Shown: positions 26,801 to 40,258 of the stretch, piece by piece | Layout: each line of letters opens with the position of its first letter | Position numbering within the stretch: position 1 is the first letter of the stretch | Origin: Haliotis rubra | Lineage: Eukaryota | Assembly: GCF_003918875.1 (NCBI RefSeq) | Contig: NW_025767224.1 | Location: 620,001 to 684,000 of the forward strand | Length of the DNA: 64,000 nt | Reading direction: 5' to 3' | Made by a program: the position numbers and the translations under genes | The notes under the pieces: model-generated | Database searches by the model: none | What the model was told of the DNA's origin: nothing | Seen by the model: the letters and a program-made list of their open reading frames with translations, nothing else

Positions 26801-29800
26801 TAGAATGGCGGGATGGTTCCATGGACGATGTTACAGAATGTACGGAGTTTAAACAGTTCTTTAAATTTTAACACACTGGGTTTTTAAGCATAGCAGTTTG
26901 GGACATATGTTTTCCGATGATATTTGAAGAAAGCTCAAAGAAAATGTATATCGAAATTCATCGCCAACATCACACATGTCACAGATTATTTCATTTATGG
27001 GGGTTCACTTACTTAGTTCTAAAGGTAAACGACGACAAGAAGTTCTAAATAAGTGGAATTTAACAACCAAACAGAAAGGGATGGACATGGATGTTACAGA
27101 AGTTTCAAGCACAAGTTCAGTTCTGAATATGCGATTCCAAACTTTAAAGGAATTTGAAATCTCTGCTCGCTGTGGTTGAGCTGATATATCCTTTAATGTT
27201 AAGGGAATAATAGATTAAGGTACTTTGAGAGAGACAGCCTCGTAATGTAACCAGTAAAAGGTATAGTCAGTTTCAGTAAAAATGGCCTCCACGAAATGAA
27301 TTTTGAAGGCTATTGTTTATACAGACTTCGTTCTATAACATTGGATATAGAATTCTTGACAGCTTTCTTTGCTAAAAAAGAGTTGAGCCCAAAAACATAC
27401 CATATGCCAGATTTCCCAGCCGTATAAAAGAATTGGCTTTTTCCCTGACATGAAAGAGAGATTATTTGCATTTTATTGATAGGTCAAATATACAAGCTTC
27501 ACACAGTTCATTGCCTTCATATAATTAGGACAATGGAAGATCAGAAGCATTGATACAGCAGCACTAACAACACACTCAGTATAAAACACATGAATCACTT
27601 GGTGAGAATTTCTTGTTTCTGTCGGACTGATGAGCGGATTTTACGTTTAATATTCTTCATGTCAACCAGAACTTAATGGGTCCGTCAGCCGCAAACAATT
27701 TGAAGAACTCCTTATGGTAATAGTCTGGACTAGTTTGCCAGAATCAGTTCACTGGGATTCCGAGGGAGAATGCAGGATACGCCAATATGTGGAGTTCACT
27801 GTGTTAACTCTCAGCTTGGGCTGCTTTACCACAACCTCGCGAGCAAAGAACAAGTGTCCCAATCATATTATTTCCACCAATATTCCCCTTTTACGCCTAA
27901 TGGAACCTAGTACGGCAGATAAACCAGCTTGCATAAAAGCGAGCAGAGAGCCACGATCAACTTCGGCAGCTTATAATCTACACTGACATTCAATGGTTGT
28001 ACAGCTACAATCGCCCTGTGTTTCACAACAATCATTTATTCATATGGAAACAAGTCAACCAATAGACGGAATACAATTGAAAACACACTAAACACACACT
28101 TACCAACCTGATGTTAAATGGATTGCTGTTGAAAGCAACGTAAAACAAAACTCATTTTGTTTCTGGTAACCACTTCCACCTCCAGACACAATAGGACATT
28201 AAGGAAATTGGTATTGTAAGCTGGGGTTGTATAGCCAGCCTACAGTAATTTAAAAATAAACACAAAAGGCGTTAAAGAACATGTTGAAAACCATCGTTGT
28301 GTTCATGCTCAGGCTTAGAAGACCTCGAGGAACGTGTCTGAAGAGTTAGACAGTGGAAGAATGATTTCTCTGTGGTCAGTTCTGCATGGCCAACTGTCCA
28401 GGGTAATGGCGGACAGGAGATAGGAAGCCTGTATCATGTTATATTGCTGGCTGTCTACAGTTGTGTCCATGTCATTGTGTCATGGTGTGGGGATATTGAT
28501 CGTGTATCGACCACAGAATTAAGCATCTTTTCTGAAACAAGTTTCCATCCACCACTTAGGAAATGTTGGCCGTGCAGCTACTATGGTCCGAATCCCTTCA
28601 TCTGATGTTGTATTAGCAGTAATCCCGACTTCTCAGCGGAAATATAAAACTTGGGGTCCCCAAAGAAGTAGGTGAGGTGGGTCGAAATGAATTCTTGCTT
28701 AGTGTGCGTGTGCGATTGCGTGAGTGATTGATGAGTGAGTTTTTAGTTTTACGCGTCTTTAAGCAATATTCCAGCAATATCACGGCGGGGGACACCAGAA
28801 ATGGGCTTTACACATTGTACCCATGTGTGGAATCGAACCCAGGTGTTCAGCGTGACGAGCGAACGCTTTAACCATTAGGCTAGCCCCACCGCCCCTGTGC
28901 GTGATTGAGCAGGTCCGGGTTTATGCTGATTGTATAGCGGAGCCAACTGATATGCCAATATGAATAACCCAAACAGGCACAGTGTACTGACTTCAAACCA
29001 ATCAGGACTTGTTTTAGACCCTTACCGCCAATTGCCAGACAGGAAACAACGAGAACTATCTCTTAGCGTATTTCAGTACAACACAGGCCAAGCAGATACT
29101 CTTAAAGTAAATGAGCGAGTTGAGTTTTACGCCGCTTTTAGCAACATTCCAGTAATATCACGGCGGGAGACACCGGAAATAGGTTTCATGCACTGTACCC
29201 ATGTCGGGAATCGAACCGGGCCTTTGGTGTGACGAAAAAACGCTTTAACCACTGGGCTACCCTACATACCCTTACTCTTAAAGAGAAGTCATTGTGACCC
29301 TTAATGAATGAGCAGCAAATCAACCGCAGTACTCGCCACAATTGTTATGTAAAGGTTCCTGTCCATATTGCAGAGAAAGAATGTATTGTGATATAGTTAT
29401 GGATTACTGCAGTCACGGTGTGTGATCTCAAGGTATGACATAACGTTAAAACCAGGGATGTTTAATTAATAAACACACTACACTATCATCTCCATATCAC
29501 ACAGAAAAAAGAGACTTCACGAACAGAATGCTTCTAACCGTGACGACTCAATCCAATTCAATCAGGCTCGCAGTAAATCAGCATACAATCCGGCTCGCAG
29601 TAAATCAGCATACATGCAAGACAGAAGTCCAGAACAGACAATTCATCGATAAGCTGGCAAATAATAGGCTGTGTGGCCAACGTATTAACAAGATATATTG
29701 ATGGATTAGTTCACGCGCTATGTACCAAATCAAGCTGGACGACAATCGTTGTTAAAGGCCAGGGAGAGCATATACTGAATACTGCGCCTCGTTATATATC

Positions 29801-31359
29801 TGTGTACGTTCGTGTATATATAGGTGATCCTTTTCTCACTAGGGCTGACCTGTACCTCCCACGTGCTAGGTGCCCTTCTCACACAACATGTATATACCAG
29901 GCTTGTATCTCACCCGTGCAATAGTGAAATACACTTAGTGCATATATGTATACTATTCACACTTTGCTAGGGATCAAATCATTGATTCAACAGAAAACTA
30001 TGATGTGGGGTCTAATTTGGTTTAAATATTTAAGCTTATTGTAAGCAAGGATCGTAGGTTCCAGTATGTAACTGCATCTTGTGGATCCCATACCTGACAG
30101 GTGTTGTGTACTTGTCAATCACTAGTGCCATAATTTGCAAAATGGTTGATTGGCGCCATGAAAACCATTTTTATCGTGTACTCATGTATCAAGTGCATTA
30201 GGTGAGATTAAAGTGACTGTTTGCCTAAAGAGGGGTTACCATATCATTATTTATGCAGTTTTAAATGGATACACTTTCAAATTATAAATCTATGTATAAG
30301 TAAAGTTGGCAATTTTTGTGATCCTTAGCAAAGTGTGAGTAGTATATTTTCTATATATATGGTCTGCCCCCGTACAGGTGGTTTCCATCCTTTCATTTGA
30401 GGAAAATACTACAAATGCACTGCACCTGTGTTTTTCAAAGGCTATCTGGAGGTGGGGTAGAACAGTGGTTAGAGCGTTCGTTCGTCGCGCTGAAGACCCG
30501 GGTTCGATTCCCCACATGGGTCCATTGTGTGAGCCGATTTCTGGTGTCCCCCGCCGTGATATTGCTGGAATATTGCTAAAAGCGGTGCTAAACTAAACTC
30601 ACTCACTCAGGGCATATACTGCAGCCCTACACCGGGGACAGTACCCTCATCACTGTCAATCCCACCTCAGATCTGCCTGGGGAAGGTGATACAGTATCTA
30701 CTACACTCCTACATAAGGAGACCTTCTCGCACCAAAGGGGAGTTATGATTATCAACGATTGAATCAGTAACGGACTAATCTCATGAGGGAGTATGTTCTA
30801 TTTCAGTCCGGACATTATTCATAAACATATGTCAACACCAGGAAATAACCAGAAACAGATTCCATTACACTCATTATATGTACTACCACTGTGATTTCTT
30901 TTATTTGTCTGTATTATTTCGTGAAAGGCAAAACAGCTGCTAACCTTATATGAATGGATCACTGACAATAAGCGCGATAACACCAGGTGTTCGTGAGAAG
31001 GGTAAGGGTGTCCTGTTCTACCGGTAGCACCACCACACATATATTTTTCTTTAAAAAAGTAAGTGGTTGTTGGCTAACGCCGCAAAGCAATACTCTTGTG
31101 TCATCACACGCCTGCATCTTCCCGCTGGTCCGTGCAACAGGTTCCCAATGTAAACATAATTACCACATGAAGATAGGTAGACGAGACAGGTGTACACAGA
31201 CGTTCTGTTCGGGACGCATACTGCCCTAGACGTATATCGCACTAGACAGAACAGGTGAATTCAGACTAACATGTACTCACATTCAAACGCCCTCACCGAG
31301 TAATCGCTTCCATCCATAGCTATCACAACTCGCCGAGCTGGATGTGGGTGTGCCGCCAT
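11879..31359 (-). CDS. Universal stress protein gene B, 4 exons, 161 aa
   Basis: join(31359-31281, 20118-20029, 13473-13364, 12085-11879); all GT-AG, phases 1,1,0, 486 nt. Protein MAAHPHPARRVVIAMDGSDYSVRAFEWYVANLHTTNDEYEAVIGYCPEYGHFFHSPLFSFHTDATEIAEQFRKEEDHIQSVCASLNTCLEQSGIHGRVVRLADKSPGNAIVRLAEEEEAECIVTGTRGHSKLRQTLLGSVSQYIVHHAHIPVFVCKDKKGK. It has the USP N-terminal IAMDGS motif and G-2x-G-9x-GS. Confidence 0.9.
12337..12858. mobile_element. Long-TIR MITE/foldback element in USP-B intron 3, inserted into an older SINE
   Basis: ~240-bp arms (gtccgtttggct..cggaccgatgaattgcaatctaactcg / cgagttagattgcaattcatcggtccg..agccaaacggac) with a short spacer. SINE family-3 fragments lie on both sides. 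Confidence 0.85.
13069..13230 (-). mobile_element. SINE family 1, full length
   Basis: Complete head-to-tail match to the other copies. Confidence 0.9.
14600..15722 (+). mobile_element. Decayed Tc1-family DNA transposon in USP-B intron 2
   Basis: Frameshifted transposase from 14833 (MPWLTENQ..AVGMLETG, FTDESRF, LQQDNARPH, SPDLSAIEHTWD). The right end is not recognisable. Confidence 0.85.
15829..15895 (-). mobile_element. SINE family 1, head fragment
   Basis: gtggggaatcgaacagggtcttcggcgtgacgagcgaac. Confidence 0.75.
15960..16049. mobile_element. Small hAT-like MITE
   Basis: TIR cattggcggatccag / ctggatccgcccatg; no clean 8-bp TSD. Confidence 0.55.
18325..18412 (+). mobile_element. tRNA-like (Leu/Ser-type) Pol III head, probably a further SINE family
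   Basis: gccgtgatggatgagtcggttagatcgctgac...gagttcgaatccc (A and B boxes); does not close a proper cloverleaf. Confidence 0.5.
18569..18728 (-). mobile_element. SINE family 1 with 15-bp TSD
   Basis: TSD ctcggtatttgtgag at 18554-18568 and 18729-18743. Confidence 0.9.
22121..22240. repeat. Palindromic element (probable MITE)
   Basis: ggtaatacggtctgatgtacgcctctttgtagc ... gctacaaaaaggcgtacaccagaccgtattacc. Confidence 0.65.
23308..24745 (+). mobile_element. Tc1/DD34E transposon with a nearly intact transposase pseudogene, in USP-B intron 1
   Basis: Transposase 23503-24482 has an HTH region, FSDES, FQQDND-34aa-E (WPSYSPDLNPIENVW). It carries one in-frame TAA (23740-42) and one frameshift near 24080. 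The right TIR is only partly matched, so boundaries are approximate. Confidence 0.9.
28721..28895 (-). mobile_element. SINE family 1, full length
   Basis: Complete match to the family pattern. Confidence 0.9.
29108..29272 (-). mobile_element. SINE family 1 with 11-bp TSD
   Basis: TSD tactcttaaag at 29097-29107 and 29273-29283. Confidence 0.9.
30448..30609 (+). mobile_element. SINE family 1, full length
   Basis: A/B box head, body and (cact)n tail. Confidence 0.9.
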
Positions 31360-32391
31360 GTTTAACAGTGAATGTCGTCTGCTTCCTTCAAACTGACCTG
31401 AATAATCCACGATGCGATAACGCTCCAAAGAAGTTGGTCAACATGAACGAACGTCCGTGTACTGTCCGAGATTATAGTACTGCAGTCCGTGCAGGCCGAC
31501 GGTGGAGCCGGCAGTCTGTTGGGGAATGTTCGGTATCAAGGGATAGTGCCAGAGCAACTGAATGACTGAATTTGATTAACTGCCGGTATGCGTGGACGCT
31601 TATGTGGGGTAATCGTGTGTAAATATTCTCGCTCTCAGGTGATGTGCAGAATATGAATGTTATTATTGAAACGTTATCGGTGTCTGTCACGCGCATATCA
31701 CCAACTACATATATCACTCATCATTACTAACAGTTAAACACACACAAACACAAACACAAACACACACACAAACAAGCACACGCACGCACACACGCGCGTG
31801 CCTCACCGATGCAGATTGAAAGGAGTTCCGGCACAATTTGTAACAAGATCGATTTATTTTTCTAATTCAGATAGTTCTGGCATTTCAGCACTTCATACAT
31901 ACGATTTATTATTGCTCGCGACACCCAACAGATCGTAATGACACTTTCACGATGTTTAATCTCATCAATTGCAAAGGGAGTCTTGCAATAAACCCAGATA
32001 TGGTTATGCAATCATAATAATGATAATCAATATATGAATACACAACATTGCGTCCCGAAGTATAATCAGTGACAAATGCCTTCACAGTTTGATTGTAAGT
32101 ACACGACATGTACTGCTCCTTAGTCTAATGGATAGAGTGTCGCTGCGAAGGTTCGATCCCCAGCATAAAATATGGTACTTGTTGTTACGCCGCCTGACGT
32201 TTGGCCTTAAAGGCTAAAATGTGAAGATATGTTCACTGTGTAACAATGTTCCAAGTTAATAACACTGTACCGTTTCCTCTCTGTGTCAATGTTGGGATGA
32301 AGGCGGTAGGAAGAGGAGACTTTACAAGGTGGCTGAGCGCTAGGAATTCTTTCCGTACAACTCAGTTCCCCAGAACGTACTCAACTCTGTT

Positions 32392-34171
32392 GACTATGGT
32401 ATCATTTAGCAACCATTCGTAGTGAGACTCAGACTATGGTGCACTTTAGCAACCATTCGTAGTGAGACTCAGACTATGGTGCACGTTAGCAACCATTCGT
32501 AGTGAGACTCAGACTATGGTGCACTTTAGCAAGGATTCGTAGTGAGACTCAGACTATGGTGCACTTTAGCAACCATTCGTAGTGAGACTCAGACTATGGT
32601 GCACTTTAAGCAACCATTCGTAGTGAGACTCAGACTATGGTGCACTTTAGCAACCATTCGTAGTGAGACTCAGACTATGGTGCACTTTAGCAACCATTCG
32701 TAGTGAGACTCAGACTATGGTGCACTTTAGCAACCATTCGTAGTGAGACTCAGACTATGGTGCACTTTAGCAACCATTCGTAGTGAGACTCAGACTATGG
32801 TGCACTTTAGCAACCATTCGTAGTGAGACTCAGACTATGGTGCACTTTAGCAACCATTCGTAGTGAGACTCAGACTATGGTGCACTTTAGCAACCATTCG
32901 TAGTGAGACTCAGACTATGGTGTACTTTAGCAACCATTCGTAGTGAAACTCAGACTATGGTGTACTTTAGCAACCATTCGCAGTGAAACTCAGACTATGG
33001 TGCACTTTAGCAACCATTCGTAGTGAGACTCAGACTATGGTGCACTTTAGCAACCATTCGTAGTGAGACTCAGACTATGGTGCACTTTAGCAACCATTCG
33101 TAGTGAGACTCAGACTATGGTGCACTTTAGCAACCATTCGTAGTGAAACTCAGACTATGGTGTACTTTAGCAACCATTCGCAGTGAAACTCAGACTATGG
33201 TGTACTTTAGCAACCATTCGTAGTGAACCTCAGACTATTGTGCATTTTAGCAACCATTCGTAGTGAAACTCAGACTATGGTGCACTTTAGCAACCATTCG
33301 CAGTGAAACTCAGACTATGGTGTACTTTAGCAACCATTCGCAGTGAAACTCAGACTATGGTGCACTTTAGCAACCATTCGTAGTGAGACTCAGACTATGG
33401 TGTGCACTTTAGCAACCATTCGTAGTGAGACTCAGACTATGGTGCACTTTAGCAACCATTCGTAGTGAGACTCAGACTATGGTGCACTTTAGCAACCATT
33501 CGTAGTGAGACTCAGACTATGGTGCACGTTAGCAACCATTCGTAGTGAGACTCAGACTATGGTGCACTTTTAGCAACCATTCGTAGTGAAACTCAGACTA
33601 TGGTGTACTTTAGCAACCATTCGCAGTGAAACTCAGACTATGGTGTACTTTAGCAACCATTCGTAGTGAACCTCAGACTATTGTGCATTTTAGCAACCAT
33701 TCGTAGTGAAACTCAGACTATGGTGCACTTTAGCAACCATTCGCAGTGAAACTCAGACTATGGTGTACTTTAGCAACCATTCGCAGTGAAACTCAGACTA
33801 TGGTGCACTTTAGCAACCATTCGTAGTGAGACTCAGACTATGGTGCACTTTAGCAACCATTCGTAGTGAGACTCAGACTATGGTGCACTTTAGCAACCAT
33901 TCGTAGTGAGACTCAGACTATGGTGCACTTTAGCAACCATTCGTAGTGAGACTCAGACTATGGTGCACTTTAGCAACCATTCGTAGTGAAACTCAGACTA
34001 TGGTGCACTTGAGCAACCATTCGCAGTGAAACTCAGACTATGGTGCACCTTAGCAACCATTCGTAGTGAACCTCAGACTATGGTGCACTTTAGCAACCAT
34101 TCGTAGTGAGACTCAGACTATGGTGCACTTTAGCAACCATTCGTAGTGAAACTCAGACTATGGTGCACTTT
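32392..34171. repeat. 40-bp minisatellite (~44 copies) between USP-C and USP-B
   Basis: Unit gactatggtgcactttagcaaccattcgtagtgagactca. Confidence 0.97.
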
Positions 34172-34916
34172 ATTTTTATCCGCAGTCATAACCGAGTAGA
34201 GCTGTGATGATCATCGGGTCATGATGACGTCGCTTGTCTAATGTAATTATGCGTGTGTAGATTCTTCGAACAGAGAACAATAACCTTGGAGATAGATTTA
34301 CATTTATTATGACATAAGACCTACAAAGCCGTGGTCTGACCGGTTAACCATCGTTATGTTGGAAACATTCATTGAACTGTTGAAGAAACAACATACGGGC
34401 GGACAGACGATGTAACAACAATGTAAACACATTGAGGGATAAGGGACATTTGTGCATTTAATCAGGTGGGTGCACCCTTGGTCATTGCTGATACTGTTGT
34501 ATGTTGCTGTTGCTGGTACATGTTGCTGACACTGCTGCACATGTAAACTTTGTGTTGGTGACGTTGTTGTACGATGCCGACCCCGACAACTGTTGCCAAG
34601 GCCGGCGTATGTTATGACGATGTATTGCCGTCACTGTAGTGTATTGCTTAAACGCTACTATGTGTTGCTGACACTGTATATCCAGCTTACACTGTTGGAT
34701 ATCGCTGACGTAGTTGCATGTTACTGACGTCGTTGGATGTTGCAGACGCTCCTGTATGCTTAAGATATGTATATGCTGGCACTGTAGTTAATTACTGACG
34801 GTAAGATATATTTGACTGTTTCATGTTGCAGACGTTGTTGTATGTTGCTGACGTTGTTGTATATTGTCACCGTTGTAGGCGCTGACGCAATTGTATAATG
34901 ATATCCCTGACGCAGT

Positions 34917-37900
34917 CTATTGCTTCTCCTCTGTCCCGTCGTGTGGTTTCTTACAGATGAGCACTGGTACGTTTGAGTGGTGTATGATGTAGTCACTGAC
35001 GCTGCCGAGAAGTGTCCTCCTGACCTTGCCTTGACCTCTCGTGCCGGTCACTATGACGTCCACGTGCTCCGCTAATGCCGCCTTTACGATGGCGTGCCCT
35101 GCGTCGCCCGTCAGACGGAGAATACGGCCCTTGATCTGGGGAAAAAGTCCAAATCATAAAGAAATGGGCCTTTTGAGGTAAACCAGTATATGTGACGGGA
35201 CATCTTAAAGGGAGTTTGTCAGGTCATGCAAGGAGGTGTCAAATCGGATGTTATGGTCAGATATTAATGAGATTGCGTCAATCACTCAGAGGGAAGGCGT
35301 ACTGAACTCTAAATATGTTGTTAAACTAGAATAATGAGTGTTATTCTGTTGCGTAGATAACTATTCCAGGTTATTCATATTGGGGTCGAGTTATTTACAT
35401 ATATTCCAGCTATGATGTCAGCTACTTTGGTGAAACCCACTTGCCCGGCTATGATGCTGACAAACCTAAAAACACAATTGGGGTGGACAGGGATTGTCAT
35501 TCTCATCGTACGCAACCAAGACAGCTTGGCCACTCATGCCTCCGTCGGACGAAGACAAACATTGTCGTTGATCAATGCATGTTAAACCAAGCCAAACTGA
35601 GCAGAACGCAATGACTGAAGAATGGCGGTTTCCACGCAACGATTTCAAGATAACCGACTTGACAAATTTACTACGAATAATTTCGAGTTTAAACGACATC
35701 AACTTTGGAAAGTGTTCCGTTTTTCATCCGAATGATAATAATGTACTACAGAAAATGATGCAACTGTTACATTAGATCCTGACAACGCCACAAAACCCGA
35801 TTGAAATAGTTGTTCAAGATTGCAGATGTTACAGGTTGTGTCGTGTCTAAGCATACGAATTTAAAACAAACACAAAAAACACATTTATCAAGGTTTGACG
35901 AATAACATTTGTATCTTAAGTCGGTAAAGCAGTCAACATGCTTTATGGAATAAGAGCCACGCACAAACAAGACTTCCTTACATTCGGTGCGCTTAACTTG
36001 ACGAAATATTATCAGTGTCAAACCAGTTAAATTTGTAATGTTGTAATTTGAAATCCCTGTCGTTTGTTCAATACATATAGTGTATATAACTACATCATAT
36101 ACAATCAGTTACCCCTGGAAGCAGCCATTTTGCAGTCATTGTCTCGTTTTGGTCATGACCAGTGAGCTACAGTACCCAGAAATACCGAACGTCGATAGGG
36201 GGGAATTGTGAATAGAAAGGGAGACTACTCTAGCGAACTTATTTAAGTGTGAGCGTGTGTGAGAGCCCACCCCGGATCCTGCGAGTTTCTCCTTCAGCTT
36301 GGCGATGATGATGTTGATCTGCTGCTCCTCCTTCTTTATCAGCTGCGCCACCAGGGACGGGTCGCTGGACATCACAGCTGCAACAGACCACGGCGTCACG
36401 ACAAGAGTTCAACTCATTTGCTTACAAGAGTTTACAAACATTCACATGCATATGTTTGTTTGTTTGTGGAGTAACGCCGCACCCAACAATATTCCTGGGT
36501 GCCGTTGTACAAAACAACCTTAGCACTAAGACTAAGTCTATGTTAAGATATGGGAGTTACGGTCACTCTAGTGCTAAGACTACCTTAAGTCTATGTTAAG
36601 ATATGGGAGTTACGGTCAACTCAGTGCTAAGACTAAGTCTATGTTAAGATATGGGAGTTACGGTCACCCTAGTGCTAAGATCGCTCTGTACAACGGCACC
36701 CAGCTATATAGCGGCGGTCTGGAATACAGTCTGGACCAGACAATCCAGTGATCAACATCGTAAGCGGTGTTGATTACGTGAATATGTGGACATGTGTACT
36801 GTGACAATGTAAGCACACTGTGAAACCTTCTCACAACAATGTCGTACCGGTGCTGGTAGTAATTGTTAAGGTAACTGTAATTGCTTACCTAAGTATATGT
36901 TTGTACTGATATTTAAAAATCATCATCGAGCGCACAACTCTACACACTGAGTTGAATAAACAGGGCTACTGAGTAAACCTTATCCCGGGAACGGTGGTAG
37001 TCATAGCAACATCACAGTGGATGGGATAATTTGGGAGTCGTAAATGATATAGAAACAGGCCTGAACGGTTGTTCCAAAAATATGACAAAGAAGCTACATA
37101 AACGTGACGGTGTTCTTGTCGTAGGAATAGAACAGTGCACTTAGTACGGCAGTCATAGAAACAAGATAATGTGCTAACGGTAATCATAGAAACGTGGCAC
37201 TGGTGTATGCCGCAGGTTTTTTTGTGTTCTTTAAGAGAAGCAACGTGGAGAATATGGCTGTCTACGAACCAGGGTCCCGTTCCTCAAAGCGATCGTAGCG
37301 CTACGACAGTCGTAAGTCTATGTTAAAGTATGGGAGTTACGATCACCTTAGCGCTACGATCGCTTTGTGAAATGGGACCCTCTACAGTAGAAAACAAACA
37401 CCATTGTCGTAGAAACAATGGAGAATTGCTAACGGTAACAGATAACATTACTTTCGAACATCGTTGTGTCAAACTTTGATGAGTCGAACTTACGGTTTAA
37501 TCGAAATTTCTTATACCTGCTTATACCGTATGTTGTACTCATTTTACCGTTATGTCAAACCTCAGATAACACAAAATATTTACCTCGGTCCCTTTAACCT
37601 CGGCACAACGGTGTATTCCAGTCACTATATGTCACTTTGCATCCTCGATAATCGAGGGTAATATATGTCCGTTCTTGCCATAAATACCCTGGATCCATTC
37701 GATACCGTTATAGTGCAAACTATTTCAAAACGTTCTTTAAAACTTCATTATTCAAAATACTTAATTGTTTCAGTTCATGTCCAGAGTGCAAAGTTCGGTG
37801 TATTCAGTCTTATCATAAACCCCACTCCGGGCAGGACCCTTGAATGCAATCTGTAAATTTCAGTTATTACCTCCTTACGTCGGCGGATCTTACAACATGC

Positions 37901-40258
37901 CGTAATATCTCTATCTATAAAACCTGACATAGGATCAGTCAGAAGGACGGTCTCCTGTCAAGGAGAAGGGCCCAGATCATCGTTCGGCTAGTCGTGGCGT
38001 TGACCAAGGCCGTGGACTCACCAACGACTACGTCGACGATGGAGAATCGCCGTCAGACTTCTGCATTTGTGTAAAGGACAGAACGGGTCTCCTCACCGGG
38101 AACATTGGCTACTCGGTCCCGTGCGTTCTGTCACGTTATTACCATGTGCCATTTCGATCACTAGTCCCCTAACCATACTAAACACAGCTGCTGTCGATAC
38201 CAACTCCACACCTTTTGCCTTCCGTCCGTTATCCACCATCCCCAGCTACCAGCCGAGAGCACCAAAAACTAACACCCTTGGACAGAACCATACCTGTAGC
38301 TTTGGTCTTGAAAGATGTTACGTCAATATGCAATCAAACCGATTTCAAGCTTTTCACAATAAAGGTCATCCTCGGTACTCACGGGAATGTGTCAGTGCGC
38401 TGTAGTCCGGGCAGTGAACTATGATCACCTCATTGTCTGGCCTGTGGACAGTATCCATGTACCCTGAAGCAAGTAAAGTTATTGAATGCACACGTTTAAC
38501 CACAAAGTCATCATTTACTCACGATGCCACTGTTCATGGCGTCATGCGGGCAGTGGGGTAGCGTAGTGGTTAAAGCGTTCGCTCGTCACGCCGAAGACCC
38601 GGGTTCGATTCCCCACATGGATGCAGTGTGTGAAGCCCATTTCTGGTGTCCCCCGCCGTGATATTGCTGGAATATTGCTAAAAGCAGCGTCAAACCATAG
38701 TTTTACTCACTTACTCACTCACTCACCCACTGATGACGTGCGCATTTAAAGCAGAATGTGGGAGTCGAAACATGGAAAACTACTCACTATGTCTTGGAAG
38801 AAGTTACGTAGCGACAGAGACACGGGGAGGGTAACGTATGTCAGGTAATACATGTATATACAGAAAGGAAATATGAAGTTCAGCCTCACCAACAGGTGTT
38901 TGAAGGCGACTTTGAAAGATTTTAATCTAGTCACCCACGTTTAAGGGTTGTAGGGCTGTATATGAGGTGGTTGGGTACTCTTGTGTTCAAAACGTTCGCT
39001 CGTCAAGCCCAAGGGTACAATGTGTAAAGCCCATTTATGTAGTCTACAGTCGTATAGCTGTAATATCGCTAATATTGTGTAAAACCTCACTCACTTTATC
39101 ACAACTCACACTATGCTTTACTTTACCAAAGGGACATCTTGGTTATTGGTGTTTATTGTCACAGTCAGCAGTACGGTATGGTATTTCATAGCGACATGTA
39201 AATAATCAAGTCTGCCATAGTCAAACCAATGGTTGATGTCATGAACACATTGACACATCCCTGGGGGTCAGCTACACACACTCGGCCACTTCACGGACCC
39301 ATTACATCCACATTAAAGACTCATGTCTTACCCATAGGCTGCTTAGCTATACATTCCCAAATCCTCAACCCTGATTCACTGTTGGGCGTTAACTTCGTTT
39401 CCTATATATATATATTATCCCCTATGTAAGTAAATGCTTCTCAGTTTCCATAGGCATTCAACGGAATCTCTTCACCTCGTATCCATTTATTTCCAGCTAT
39501 TTCCAGTTAATTGAAATAAGGCTTCCAAATCACCTGTTCCGTTGCTCAAGTAATCGCCTTAGTAACAGGAAGCGACTTCACATGCGCACCTAATTATAAA
39601 GTGCATTATCAGCATTACCGCGACCAGTATCTCTGCACGTGACGGGCGATAATGGGTCAGTTCACACGGCCTGTGGTTCAAAATGGCTTCCACATGGCGC
39701 TCAGCACGTATCAATACATAGTGAGGTCAGGAACTTGATCAATTATTATCGATCAAATAAATGATGTAGGGAAATATTATGACACATTATACATTGTAGT
39801 CGCCATCACTCTGTTGATGAGGCCATGTATATATGTGATATCTGTGCATGTTAACGCCAGTAATGCACGATAACGGTATTAGTGTAAACAACATGCTTAT
39901 CAACATCATGAAATAGATCGGTGTGTATTCCCAACATCTGTAACGGCAAATCTCTCTTCCAGCCCGATATATTACATTATCATGCCTCTTGATTTACCTA
40001 GATGTTTAAACCATGGATCTAAAAATACATTTCGATGGCAATAATGCGCTGGTTTTCTCGGAGGAACAAATACAAATAAAAACGACGATCAAACCGGCTC
40101 TTGTAAAAACGTGCTAAACGCGTTCCAACTACCTGGTGTGTGTCTAGATAAGCTGGTGGAATATCTTGTTATTGGGTTTACTTACAGTCGAAGGCGTACA
40201 CGGAGTGGTCGCTCCCGTCCATCGCCACCAAAACCTTCCTGTGTTCCTTTGCCGACAT
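34917..40258 (-). CDS. Universal stress protein gene C, 4 exons, 159 aa
   Basis: join(40258-40186, 38463-38383, 36377-36271, 35135-34917); GT-AG, phases 1,1,0, 480 nt. Protein MSAKEHRKVLVAMDGSDHSVYAFDWYMDTVHRPDNEVIIVHCPDYSALTHSPVMSSDPSLVAQLIKKEEQQINIIIAKLKEKLAGSGIKGRILRLTGDAGHAIVKAALAEHVDVIVTGTRGQGKVRRTLLGSVSDYIIHHSNVPVLICKKPHDGTEEKQ. Confidence 0.93.
36497..36701. mobile_element. PIF/Harbinger-like MITE with internal triplication, inserted in a SINE
   Basis: TIR gggtgccgttgtaca / tgtacaacggcaccc. The core agtctatgttaagatatgggagttacggtca is repeated 3x. It interrupts a family-2 SINE tail (36455-36760, minus). Superfamily is inferred from the GGG termini. Confidence 0.75.
37272..37380. mobile_element. 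MITE of the same family as 36497-36701
   Basis: TIR gggtcccgtt..caaagcgatcgtagcgcta / tagcgctacgatcgctttg..aatgggaccc, with the same agtctatgttaa..atgggagttacg core. Confidence 0.75.
38548..38725 (+). mobile_element. SINE family 1, full length
   Basis: A/B box head, body and (cact)n tail. A second degenerate copy lies at ~38963-39095. Confidence 0.9.

Noticed and set aside
26668-27450. Possible decayed transposon accessory ORF
   Set aside because: Fragmentary frames with no motif I can name reliably.
27627-27660. Hammerhead ribozyme core (CTGATGAG)
   Set aside because: No stem II or GAAA partner in the right position.
32392-34171. CRISPR-like regular array
   Set aside because: Head-to-tail 40-bp units with no unique spacers and no cas genes, in a eukaryotic context.
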